Shown piece after piece: positions 17,867-26,435 of a stretch of 53,396 nucleotides of DNA. The first letter of the stretch is position 1. Every line of letters begins with the position of its first letter. This stretch comes from a virus (lineage: Duplodnaviria > Caudoviricetes), in IMG/VR virus record IMGVR_UViG_3300025072_000006, positions 1 through 53,396 of that record; one strand, given 5' to 3'. The notes under the pieces are model-generated. The model had not been told where the DNA came from, did no database searches, and saw only the letters and a program-made list of their open reading frames with translations. A program made the position numbers and the translations under genes.

Positions 17867-19687
17867 TTATAAAATATTGTCTTCATCTAACATTGTGCCG
17901 GAATCTACATCTTTATTTTGGTTTTCTGTTATAATCTTTGAACTTCTGGGTCTTAAATGGTTTAAAATATCAGCATTTTCTGTTGCTACAGTTGTTCGTG
18001 TATTTCTAAATCTAGGATCAGGCTGGAATGTGGTTGAAAAGTTTTTAGGATTGGTGCCTTGCTTAATTGTTTTAGCACCAGTCGGATCCCAGCCAAATTC
18101 ATTTTTATGCTGTCCATATTTAATTCCCTCGGGCGGTCTTCCACCTTGATCTTTTTCTTCTACATCGTCAGAACTCATATGAATTGATGCTAAATCGTGT
18201 GGGGTTCCAAATGATGTTCCTGTTAATGTTGGGTCGTTGCCTTCTTGTTCAATTTGGTTTTGTCTGAATCTTAATTTAAGATCTTCAATTACATTATTAC
18301 GTTCTTCAAGCCATTCATCTTCAGACATATTAAAAATATATTCATATATGTATTTATCAGAAACTAATTTAGAATCTTTCATCGATGTTGCTAATGTCAT
18401 TTTTTCAGTCATTAATGCGACTTTTTGTTGATCATAGATAATTGATGGAGGAGTTAAGTCTAATTCAAATCCTATTAAATCATCTCCTTCAAATCCTTGA
18501 GAATATAAATGTACAATTCCAATTTTAACTAATTCTGAAACTACTATTTTTTGAATTCTTTCAATTGTTCTTGCAAATCTAATATCCATTGATGCCAATG
18601 TAGTTTTGCCTTCAACTCCCTCATCATATCCCAGGAATGGTTTAGGAATTTTTAATGCTGCCATCATTTTGTGTTTTACGTATTCAATGTCATCGATGCC
18701 GGTGAACTCCATTCCTGGTAGTGTATCTATTGTTGTTTGACTATTGCCTCCCCGCACAGGTAAGTAGTAATCTTCTAACATGTTATTTAAATTAAATTTA
18801 AGATTATAGTTACCGGTTTGTTTATCAACATATGGAATTTTTTTCATTTTATTAATAATTGTTTCCATAAATGAATCAACTTCATTTGGTGGAATATTGC
18901 CAATATCAATTTTAAAAATACGTTTTTCTGGTGCTCTCATTATTCTGTGAATAAGCATTGCATCTTCTAACATCATTAATTTTTGAAATTCTTGTCTCGC
19001 GCCTTCTAACATAGACCTGCCGTACGGGAGAAAGTTTGAATCTGATAATAGCCTGAAATGTGCTATCTCAAATACATCATATTCTATATGCTCAGTTGCT
19101 GCGTGCCTAAATTTAATATCATATTCGCCCAACGTTTCATCATATTGCTCCAATCTTTCAATTTCATAAGTAGAAAGTGGGCGTGCATTTAAAATTCCTA
19201 TTTCTTCGGCAACATCTAATTTTAAAAAGAAATCTCCATACTTACACATATTACGAATCCATGGCCACATATTGAATTCAATGTTTAATATGTCATAATA
19301 TAAATTGTATAATATTTTTTGTATATGAGTTTTATTTGTTTTAATAGTTAATATATCACCAAATTGATCTGCTAAAGTTGATTCATCGGAGTATATGTCT
19401 AATGCAGATGATATTATTGGATCTTTATCCATCATCTCATAATCGGTATACAATTGCATCCGATTCTGTTGCATGTAGTAATTCGAATCATATCCGCCAT
19501 AACCACCCATATTATGTTTAGTTGTGCCGTGTAATCGATTGTATCTATCCGTTAATTTGCTTTGTGATAAATTCCCCAATGACTGTAATCTGTTAGTATC
19601 GACTACTTTTAGTCGATCCTTTCCATACTTACGTACTACTACATTGGTAGAAAATAAATTCTTTAAACGTTTTCTTAATGATGCCAT
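17867..19687 (-). CDS. Portal protein (T4 gp20-like)
   Basis: LEDAMLIHRIMRAPEKRIFKIDIGNIP, MLEDYYLPVRG, IDTLPG and ALKIP motifs. Confidence 0.96.
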   Translation of the reverse strand: MASLRKRLKNLFSTNVVVRKYGKDRLKVVDTNRLQSLGNLSQSKLTDRYNRLHGTTKHNMGGYGGYDSNYYMQQNRMQLYTDYEMMDKDPIISSALDIYSDESTLADQFGDILTIKTNKTHIQKILYNLYYDILNIEFNMWPWIRNMCKYGDFFLKLDVAEEIGILNARPLSTYEIERLEQYDETLGEYDIKFRHAATEHIEYDVFEIAHFRLLSDSNFLPYGRSMLEGARQEFQKLMMLEDAMLIHRIMRAPEKRIFKIDIGNIPPNEVDSFMETIINKMKKIPYVDKQTGNYNLKFNLNNMLEDYYLPVRGGNSQTTIDTLPGMEFTGIDDIEYVKHKMMAALKIPKPFLGYDEGVEGKTTLASMDIRFARTIERIQKIVVSELVKIGIVHLYSQGFEGDDLIGFELDLTPPSIIYDQQKVALMTEKMTLATSMKDSKLVSDKYIYEYIFNMSEDEWLEERNNVIEDLKLRFRQNQIEQEGNDPTLTGTSFGTPHDLASIHMSSDDVEEKDQGGRPPEGIKYGQHKNEFGWDPTGAKTIKQGTNPKNFSTTFQPDPRFRNTRTTVATENADILNHLRPRSSKIITENQNKDVDSGTMLDEDNIL

Positions 19688-19717
19688 TGTTTTCTTTTTT
19701 TATATAAATATATCTTA

Positions 19718-21295
19718 TTACAGAAGCCAGGTTAAATCTTCGTCTTCTGAACCATTATTCCACTTCCAACTATCGTTTTCATTAGAATTATTATTTGTGT
19801 AAATTGTATTATCTGTTTTTCTAAATTGTGATAAAGCTCTTTTATTCAACTCAATTCCGTGTTGTCTTAATTTTAAACTTGTATCTCGTAACCACAAACC
19901 TATTGCATAACTCATTACTAAATCGTCATTGTAGCCAATTTGTGCTTGTGCTTTACCATTAAGCCAAACAAATACAAATAATTCCTGAATGAGTCGTTTT
20001 GATTTAATAATCGGTGTTCCTTCTCTCATATACATTTCTAATGCAGATATCATTAATGGCCTGGTTCTACTTGTGGTTGACACTCCAGGAACCATTTTTG
20101 TTTTATCTTTTATGTCATATCCTTTTTGTAATTGAACTTCTAAATCTACATATCCTTCTGTTTTATATGTGTAAAATAAATTTTCATAGTTTCTATCTAA
20201 TGCTGGTTGTACTGCTGCCCAACCTATATTTGCATTTTCAATTGCTAATAATGCATTATTCCATTCAGTTGCAACTGATACTAACATGTTACCAAAATCC
20301 TTAGGTGGTAGCTTTCCTTTATACTCTGCTACCTGTGTTATAGTTTGAACATCTATTACATGAAATGCAGACCAATCTGATGCATCACCCCGTGCTACAT
20401 CAGCTACGACTATATAATTTTTTGTATAATCTGGGTAGTCCCAGATCCAATATCCATTATCGTACCCTCGTTTTTCAACTGGGTCTTCGCATTTTAATTC
20501 GTATTGTTGCAATATTAATCCATCTACTACAGTGTGTCCTGATGATATAAAATCGCAATCACACTCTTGTGCTGCTCCTCTTTCGCCTAATAGTTTTGTT
20601 TGCTCGAGTCTCCATTCTTGGTCTCGGTCTGGGTGTAAGTCCCAATGAAGTTTTATTGTTTTAAACCCATTTACTCCAGATTCGGCATCACTCCATATTT
20701 GATGAAACCAATTTCCTAATCCATTTGGAGTAGATAATACAATTGCACCACCACCTGTTGATAGTGTAGCCTGGGATGCTATCCATATTTCTTCAATGTT
20801 TCTAATAAATGCGGCTTCATCAACTATTAATAAAGATAACGCTTCTGATCGTGCTCCTGTAGATGCACTTGATATTGCTTTTATTTCCGAACCATTTTTG
20901 AATTTTAATGATAATTTATTGTTTGTAGTTATGACAACTTTTAGCCAACTAGGCAAATTTTCATTCATTATTTGAACTTTGCTTACTAAGTTTTTTGCTA
21001 CATCTTGTGTTGTTGCTATAACTAAAACATTGAATTCTTCATTAAATAACATACACCAAAGTGCATATCCGGCTGTTAATGTTGAAATTCCTAGCTGTCT
21101 AGATTTGAGTATTACATTGTATCGACTGTCTCTTAAATCTGATAGTGTTTCTTCTTGAAAGTCATATAAATCAAATTTGATTTTTCCTTTTAAAGGATGT
21201 TGGATATAACAAAATTGCCTCATAAAGTATACCGGGTCGGTAGCACACTTTACATACTGTTCTTGAATTATTTCTTTTATATTTTTCTGAGCCAT
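19718..21295 (-). CDS. Terminase large subunit (T4 gp17-like)
   Basis: Walker A-like KSRQLGIST, Walker B LLIVDEAAF, STPNG coupling motif, nuclease motifs ADVARG and DDLVM. Confidence 0.96.
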   Translation of the reverse strand: MAQKNIKEIIQEQYVKCATDPVYFMRQFCYIQHPLKGKIKFDLYDFQEETLSDLRDSRYNVILKSRQLGISTLTAGYALWCMLFNEEFNVLVIATTQDVAKNLVSKVQIMNENLPSWLKVVITTNNKLSLKFKNGSEIKAISSASTGARSEALSLLIVDEAAFIRNIEEIWIASQATLSTGGGAIVLSTPNGLGNWFHQIWSDAESGVNGFKTIKLHWDLHPDRDQEWRLEQTKLLGERGAAQECDCDFISSGHTVVDGLILQQYELKCEDPVEKRGYDNGYWIWDYPDYTKNYIVVADVARGDASDWSAFHVIDVQTITQVAEYKGKLPPKDFGNMLVSVATEWNNALLAIENANIGWAAVQPALDRNYENLFYTYKTEGYVDLEVQLQKGYDIKDKTKMVPGVSTTSRTRPLMISALEMYMREGTPIIKSKRLIQELFVFVWLNGKAQAQIGYNDDLVMSYAIGLWLRDTSLKLRQHGIELNKRALSQFRKTDNTIYTNNNSNENDSWKWNNGSEDEDLTWLL

Positions 21296-21296
21296 A

Positions 21297-21677
21297 TTAT
21301 TGAACCACTTCTACAATTAACTTTCCGGTCAATACCGTAGTTAATATACCAGCGCCAAACCAAATGATTTTGCTATCATACCATTTTGGTTTTATAAGTT
21401 CTTCTCGTTCAATATATAAATCAATGTTACTGTTTAGTAAATCAATTTGTTGTTGATAATATAATTTTTGTAATGAATCTAATTTATTTAAATGTTCTAA
21501 ACTATATATTAAATTATCTTGTTTTATTATAATATCATTGTTAACAGAATCTAAATAATATAATGAATCTAATGTTTCAGATATATCATGTATTTGTTCT
21601 TCTGTAAAACAAGTATCAACAGTTTGTGTAAACGAAAAAACTGGTAATAATAATAATATAATAAAAATTTTTTTCAT
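21297..21677 (-). CDS. Secreted coiled-coil protein with C-terminal membrane anchor
   Basis: Signal peptide MKKIFIILLLLPVFSFTQ; C-terminal KWYDSKIIWFGAGILTTVLTG. Confidence 0.6.
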   Translation of the reverse strand: MKKIFIILLLLPVFSFTQTVDTCFTEEQIHDISETLDSLYYLDSVNNDIIIKQDNLIYSLEHLNKLDSLQKLYYQQQIDLLNSNIDLYIEREELIKPKWYDSKIIWFGAGILTTVLTGKLIVEVVQ

Positions 21678-21994
21678 TTCCGAGTTTTTTTGATTATATT
21701 TTCCTTAGCACCTATAGTTGTTCTTTTTGGTACAATAATATCATCTTTATTCTTTTTTGTTTCTGTTAAGTCTTCTTTTTGTTCTTTAATATCAGCTTTA
21801 ACTTCAGCTTCTTCTTTTTTAATTCGTTCTAATTTTCCTGCTAATTTATCAATTTTTGAATTATTTTTATCAATCTCTTCATCTGTTTTATCTAATTTAT
21901 TTGCAGTTATTTTTCTAGAAATTAGAAATATTACTCCAAATAGTGCAACAATTGCTCCTACAATTATTTTCCAATATTTTTTAATCGTCTTCAT
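21674..21994 (-). CDS. Membrane-anchored coiled-coil protein (i-spanin-like topology)
   Basis: N-terminal transmembrane segment WKIIVGAIVALFGVIFLI followed by K/E heptads; ATGA overlap with the next gene. Confidence 0.55.
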   Translation of the reverse strand: MKTIKKYWKIIVGAIVALFGVIFLISRKITANKLDKTDEEIDKNNSKIDKLAGKLERIKKEEAEVKADIKEQKEDLTETKKNKDDIIVPKRTTIGAKENIIKKTRK

Positions 21995-22622
21995 TTTCTT
22001 CTTTATTTAAATTTTCTAAAAATTCTTTTTTGAATTCATTAAATTGTTCTTGTACCTTTTCTTCAAACTCGTCTGGAGTCATTTTTGCTGCCCATGTCTC
22101 TGTTAAGCCATCTGCATTAGTAACCAATGTACTAGCTTCAGTATACGCTTTTTTTAACATATTAACATCATCTTCTGCTTTTTTTATCCAAGCAACTGCA
22201 TTATTTTTTATTCTATTTTTTTCATACTCATCATATTTTCCTTCAATGCGCAACTGATGTTCCATTTCGATGACACAGTCAAAACATTTTCCATGATATA
22301 CACGCATCTTGTTGTCTAATCGATTTGGAGTTTTACATGTACATGTATCTTTAGGACAATTTGGAAATGAATTTAAATATTTTTTAATGTCAGCTGAAAT
22401 TGAATTTTTTGGTTTTTTTACACGAAATCCATTTTTTTGTTCAATAACATAAATAGTACCGTTTGCATTTGTTTCTTCCCAAATATCACCAACTTCGTGT
22501 TTTTTATTTAATTCTGCTTTTTGTTTTGCGTCTGTAAATCCATGGGTTTTTTTTGTTTGAAATGCATGATTGCCTTCAAGCATTTGTTTCACTGCTTTTA
22601 TATTTTGTAACTTTTTTGACAT
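21981..22622 (-). CDS. Hypothetical protein with Cys cluster
   Basis: CPKDTCTC...HGKCFDC suggests metal binding. Confidence 0.6.
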   Translation of the reverse strand: MSKKLQNIKAVKQMLEGNHAFQTKKTHGFTDAKQKAELNKKHEVGDIWEETNANGTIYVIEQKNGFRVKKPKNSISADIKKYLNSFPNCPKDTCTCKTPNRLDNKMRVYHGKCFDCVIEMEHQLRIEGKYDEYEKNRIKNNAVAWIKKAEDDVNMLKKAYTEASTLVTNADGLTETWAAKMTPDEFEEKVQEQFNEFKKEFLENLNKEENEDD

Positions 22623-22632
22623 ATAATCCTTT

Positions 22633-23523
22633 TTATAATTTTGATAGAGCTCGGTCTACTACTCTTTTTAATAAACCAATTTTTCCAATTTTTTGTTTTC
22701 TGTCATCTTCTGCTGTAATTTTTTGTACTACATTCATAATCATTTTTACTTGTTGTACTATATTTGGTTTTTGTTGTACTGCCAATACGAAATTGTTAAT
22801 ACGAGAGTCTCCCTGTTGTCCGTCTCCGTCTGGATCATTTGGGTCTCCCTGTGTTTCTTCACCTTCGGGTGGAGCTTCGGGTGCTGGAGCTTCGGGTGCA
22901 GGAGCTTCGGGTGGAGCTTCGGGTGCTGGAGCTTCGGGTGCAGGTGCTTCGGGTGGAGCTTCGGGTGCAGGTGCTTCGGGTGGAGCTTCGGGTGCAGGTG
23001 CGTCTGCAGGTATTGCTGGTGCTTCTGGTGCAGGGGGTGGTTCGGGTGTATCCGCTAGCGGTTCTTCTTCTGTAGGCTGTTCTACTACTTTTGACAATTC
23101 CGATTCCATTATAAATGATTGAATTTTTTTACGTACTATTTCCCTAACTAATTTTTCTTTTTGTTCTTTAGTTAATTTTTTTATTTTTGACATATAGCCA
23201 CCATCTATTTTTGACATTGTTTCAATATAATCCTTTGCATCTGCTTCTACATTTTTATCAAATGTTTTTAATGCGTGTTTAGCCATCTTAGGATCTCCGT
23301 CTTGCATATCTTTTATTGGATATGCTCTATCAGAATCTTTTACATCATAAACCATATTTTCAGAATCGCCTATATCTGAATATTTAATTTTTCTAGGAAC
23401 ATCTGGTTGTGGTTCGCCTGATGCGTCTAATACCATATTTTCGGTCTCTTTTCCCTCATAATCTTTTAGATCTTTTCTGGGTTTATGTTTTTTATTTTCT
23501 GGTTTTTTATACTTTTTAGCCAT
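22633..23523 (-). CDS. Hypothetical protein with PEAPA low-complexity linker
   Basis: 296-aa ORF with TATTTATA at 23544-23551 upstream. Confidence 0.65.
   Translation of the reverse strand: MAKKYKKPENKKHKPRKDLKDYEGKETENMVLDASGEPQPDVPRKIKYSDIGDSENMVYDVKDSDRAYPIKDMQDGDPKMAKHALKTFDKNVEADAKDYIETMSKIDGGYMSKIKKLTKEQKEKLVREIVRKKIQSFIMESELSKVVEQPTEEEPLADTPEPPPAPEAPAIPADAPAPEAPPEAPAPEAPPEAPAPEAPAPEAPPEAPAPEAPAPEAPPEGEETQGDPNDPDGDGQQGDSRINNFVLAVQQKPNIVQQVKMIMNVVQKITAEDDRKQKIGKIGLLKRVVDRALSKL
22863..23001. repeat. GC-rich tandem repeat of 12- and 15-nt units encoding PEAP/PEAPA
   Basis: Units cttcgggtggag and cttcgggtgc(t/a)gg(a/t)g, arranged as two 42-nt and two 27-nt super-units. Confidence 0.95.
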
Positions 23524-23551
23524 AGCTATTGCCTTATTTTTAATATAAATA

Positions 23552-26389
23552 TTATCTAGAATACTTTACAATGTTTAATATCTGATTTATTGGGGCAAAT
23601 GAGCCTGTTAGCTTATAAGTATTGCCTCCATATGTGAATACTAATCCTTCTATAGGAACAATTTTTTCAAATCCTCCAAGTCGTTGAATTTTTTGTAAAT
23701 GAGTTTTCATTAACTCTAATTTTCTTAAATCATTTGTCGATCGTAACTCTCGAATTACAGATGCTAAATCACTTCGTATTTGTTGTGCAGATTCTTTTGG
23801 ATTTGCAGCTAACATACTAGATACGCCTTTTAATACCTCTGCACCTAATTTTAAAAATATAGATTCAAATGGTTCCATATTTTGTTTTTGGTATTGTTTA
23901 AAATCTTTTTGATCAAAATTTACTACCCATTCTGAAAATTCTGGGCTATCGATTTGTTTTATTACATTTGTAATTCGTGGATTTTTAATATTAAATGCCC
24001 ACCTATTTACTAATATGTCTAATACATCATCTGTAATTTCATATCCTAATTCGATTGCTTTATCTCGTATTACATCTCTCCACCATCCTTTATGATATTC
24101 AGCTACTGTGTCTCTATCTTTTAATTCATATTGATTTTTTAATTGATCTACCTCGTTAAATAATGCATCTTGATAATCTTCAAAATCTTCTAATTGTCCA
24201 ACTTTAATTTTATTTGGTGGAATTAAATTAAACGTTTTTTGCATATGAGCATTTGCAGATTCGACTGCTTTTTGTATCACATTTGCGCCTGTCATATCAG
24301 TTTGGATTACATTTCCTTTGTCGTCAAATTCTTGTAAATTATGAAATTGTAATGCTGCAATGTCATATGAAATAACATTTTTAGTATCTGGATATATTAT
24401 TTCCATATTTGCGAATACACGACCGTTTTGGAATATACTTTGTATTGTTTCTGAATTAACTTGTGAAAATGCAGATGATAGGTCATTCCCTGCTTCTTTG
24501 AATGCAGTTGTTAATTCTCCACGACCAGAAAATTTCGTAGCTAATTCTTCAGCAGTTAATGGATTGACCCTTTCTCCTTTATTTCTAGCAAATTTAACTT
24601 GGCCATCTTTAACTGTTACAAATATATTTAGCCCGTCAGTCTTTTCTGTTACAGAAGATTCTATATCTAATCTTCCTTGTAATGCTCTTGCAATCATTTC
24701 TTTCATATCAGCAAATGATAAATCGTGGCGATCATATGGATGGTCCATATGACCTGCGAGGCCACCTTCCGTTAAATGTTTAGTTCCAAATACTGTTTTA
24801 GGAAATTTATTAAAATCATAAACAAATCCTTTATTATCATCTTTATCTAAATATTTTCTTAATTTGCTTATTTTTTGAATGTGTGCTTTAGCTCCTTTTG
24901 GAGTTTCATATCCTTCTGCTAGTTCAACATCAATTTTTATATCTGGATATTTTAATTCTAGGCCATTTACTGCTGCTACATTTTTTGCCGAATCATCTAT
25001 AAAATAAATGTCGTCATACCCTTTTTTTATTTGATCTTCTATCCACCTAGCCTTGTCCATTGGATCAGCTGACCCTAATGCTACGACATAAACATTTTTT
25101 ATTCCATGTTCTTTTTCCAACCAACGCTTAACTGGGTATCCGATTGATCTGGCAGTTAATATAGTTGTCTTTGCTCCCCTATCAGCTTGTGCTTTTTTAA
25201 ATGCTTCAACATTTTGTGTTATTGGAGTTGCTTGTTTTATAATTTTATCAAAATCTCTGAAATCAAAGTCATCTCCTGGCAATGGTTCATATACTGCAAA
25301 ATCTGCAGGCGATAATTCTGAATTTGTTCCGTCACTATGTTTTACATATATAGTAGCATTCATTTTGCCTAATGTATCATCAAAATCAAATACTCTTAAT
25401 CTTTTGCCTGTTCTTAATTCTGTAAACATTTGTTTTGCATCTTCAAGTAATTCATTTACCCACCATTCTTTTGTAAGAACAGGCTCGTGTTTAGCCTCTA
25501 CCCATAACGTAGCTGTTTGAGGAGAACCAATTACTTTTCTAATTTCTTCATTTGAGTCTGATTGAATTACATTGTCTAAGTCGTCATATTTCCAATGGGC
25601 TTGGTTGTCGCCTTTTCTATATCCATATGTGTAATTATCTGGACCATCTTCGACTATATTGTCTGGATGTAAATTTTTATAATTTTCAACAAATTTATTA
25701 TATTCTTGACCTATTAATGGCATCTGTGTAGAAAAATTTTCTTTTGGTTTTATACCTGCACTTTTTTGTACTCTGGCTTCTGCTTCATCGCCAAATTCAT
25801 CTCCAAATGTAGATTCGCCACCCAATAGTTGCCATACATTTTTTACTATGGCATCTGAGTAATTTGGATAGCTGGCTTTAAATTTTGCTAACTCTCCGGA
25901 ATTTATTGTAGATATAGTTGAGTCTGCAGATATAGGTTCTCCGTTTGGATATGTTAATGGATCTACATTTACCATTAATTCTATAGCATCAACTCCTTGT
26001 GGAACTTTATTTCCTTTTTTGTCTGGATTAATTTTATATTTATCAACTGATCCAATAAAGTGTTTTATTCGTACATAGTCTTTATCTTTATTAGCAGCGG
26101 CTAGTGCAAATTTTCCGACAGTGTCTTTTGGCATTGTAAGTAAATAATCAAATGCTGACGATAATGGAGAATTTAATCTAGAATATATTAATTCTATTTT
26201 TTTATTTCTATTTAATAAATTGAATATTTGTTTGGATTGCTCTCTTGTTACTCCGTGTCTTGCTTTTGGTCCAATAAACATTAAAACTTTGTCGACATTA
26301 GGGTTTTGTGCATATCGTTGGGCAAGAGCCATATGAGCTCCTGTGATTGGCTTAAATCCTCCTGGAAATAATACTGTTACTTTATCCAT
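23552..26389 (-). CDS. Multidomain enzyme: HUP/cytidylyltransferase-like domain, HAD phosphatase and ligase-like nucleotidyltransferase
   Basis: FPGGFKPITGAH (HIGH-like); VFDFDDTL, ILTAR, DKARW and FIDDS (HAD motifs I-IV); TEKTDG...EGLVF...YKLTG (ligase-like motifs I, IV and V). Confidence 0.75.
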   Translation of the reverse strand: MDKVTVLFPGGFKPITGAHMALAQRYAQNPNVDKVLMFIGPKARHGVTREQSKQIFNLLNRNKKIELIYSRLNSPLSSAFDYLLTMPKDTVGKFALAAANKDKDYVRIKHFIGSVDKYKINPDKKGNKVPQGVDAIELMVNVDPLTYPNGEPISADSTISTINSGELAKFKASYPNYSDAIVKNVWQLLGGESTFGDEFGDEAEARVQKSAGIKPKENFSTQMPLIGQEYNKFVENYKNLHPDNIVEDGPDNYTYGYRKGDNQAHWKYDDLDNVIQSDSNEEIRKVIGSPQTATLWVEAKHEPVLTKEWWVNELLEDAKQMFTELRTGKRLRVFDFDDTLGKMNATIYVKHSDGTNSELSPADFAVYEPLPGDDFDFRDFDKIIKQATPITQNVEAFKKAQADRGAKTTILTARSIGYPVKRWLEKEHGIKNVYVVALGSADPMDKARWIEDQIKKGYDDIYFIDDSAKNVAAVNGLELKYPDIKIDVELAEGYETPKGAKAHIQKISKLRKYLDKDDNKGFVYDFNKFPKTVFGTKHLTEGGLAGHMDHPYDRHDLSFADMKEMIARALQGRLDIESSVTEKTDGLNIFVTVKDGQVKFARNKGERVNPLTAEELATKFSGRGELTTAFKEAGNDLSSAFSQVNSETIQSIFQNGRVFANMEIIYPDTKNVISYDIAALQFHNLQEFDDKGNVIQTDMTGANVIQKAVESANAHMQKTFNLIPPNKIKVGQLEDFEDYQDALFNEVDQLKNQYELKDRDTVAEYHKGWWRDVIRDKAIELGYEITDDVLDILVNRWAFNIKNPRITNVIKQIDSPEFSEWVVNFDQKDFKQYQKQNMEPFESIFLKLGAEVLKGVSSMLAANPKESAQQIRSDLASVIRELRSTNDLRKLELMKTHLQKIQRLGGFEKIVPIEGLVFTYGGNTYKLTGSFAPINQILNIVKYSR

Positions 26390-26435
26390 TTTTATTCTTT
26401 ATTATAAATATTACGTTAAATATTATACCAATTGT

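Noticed and set aside
17867-21295. Inteins or introns in terminase or portal
   Set aside because: Lengths are ordinary, motifs are contiguous and no splicing or homing-endonuclease motifs were seen.
22863-23001. CRISPR-like array
   Set aside because: Units are contiguous with no unique spacers and encode an in-frame PEAPA linker.
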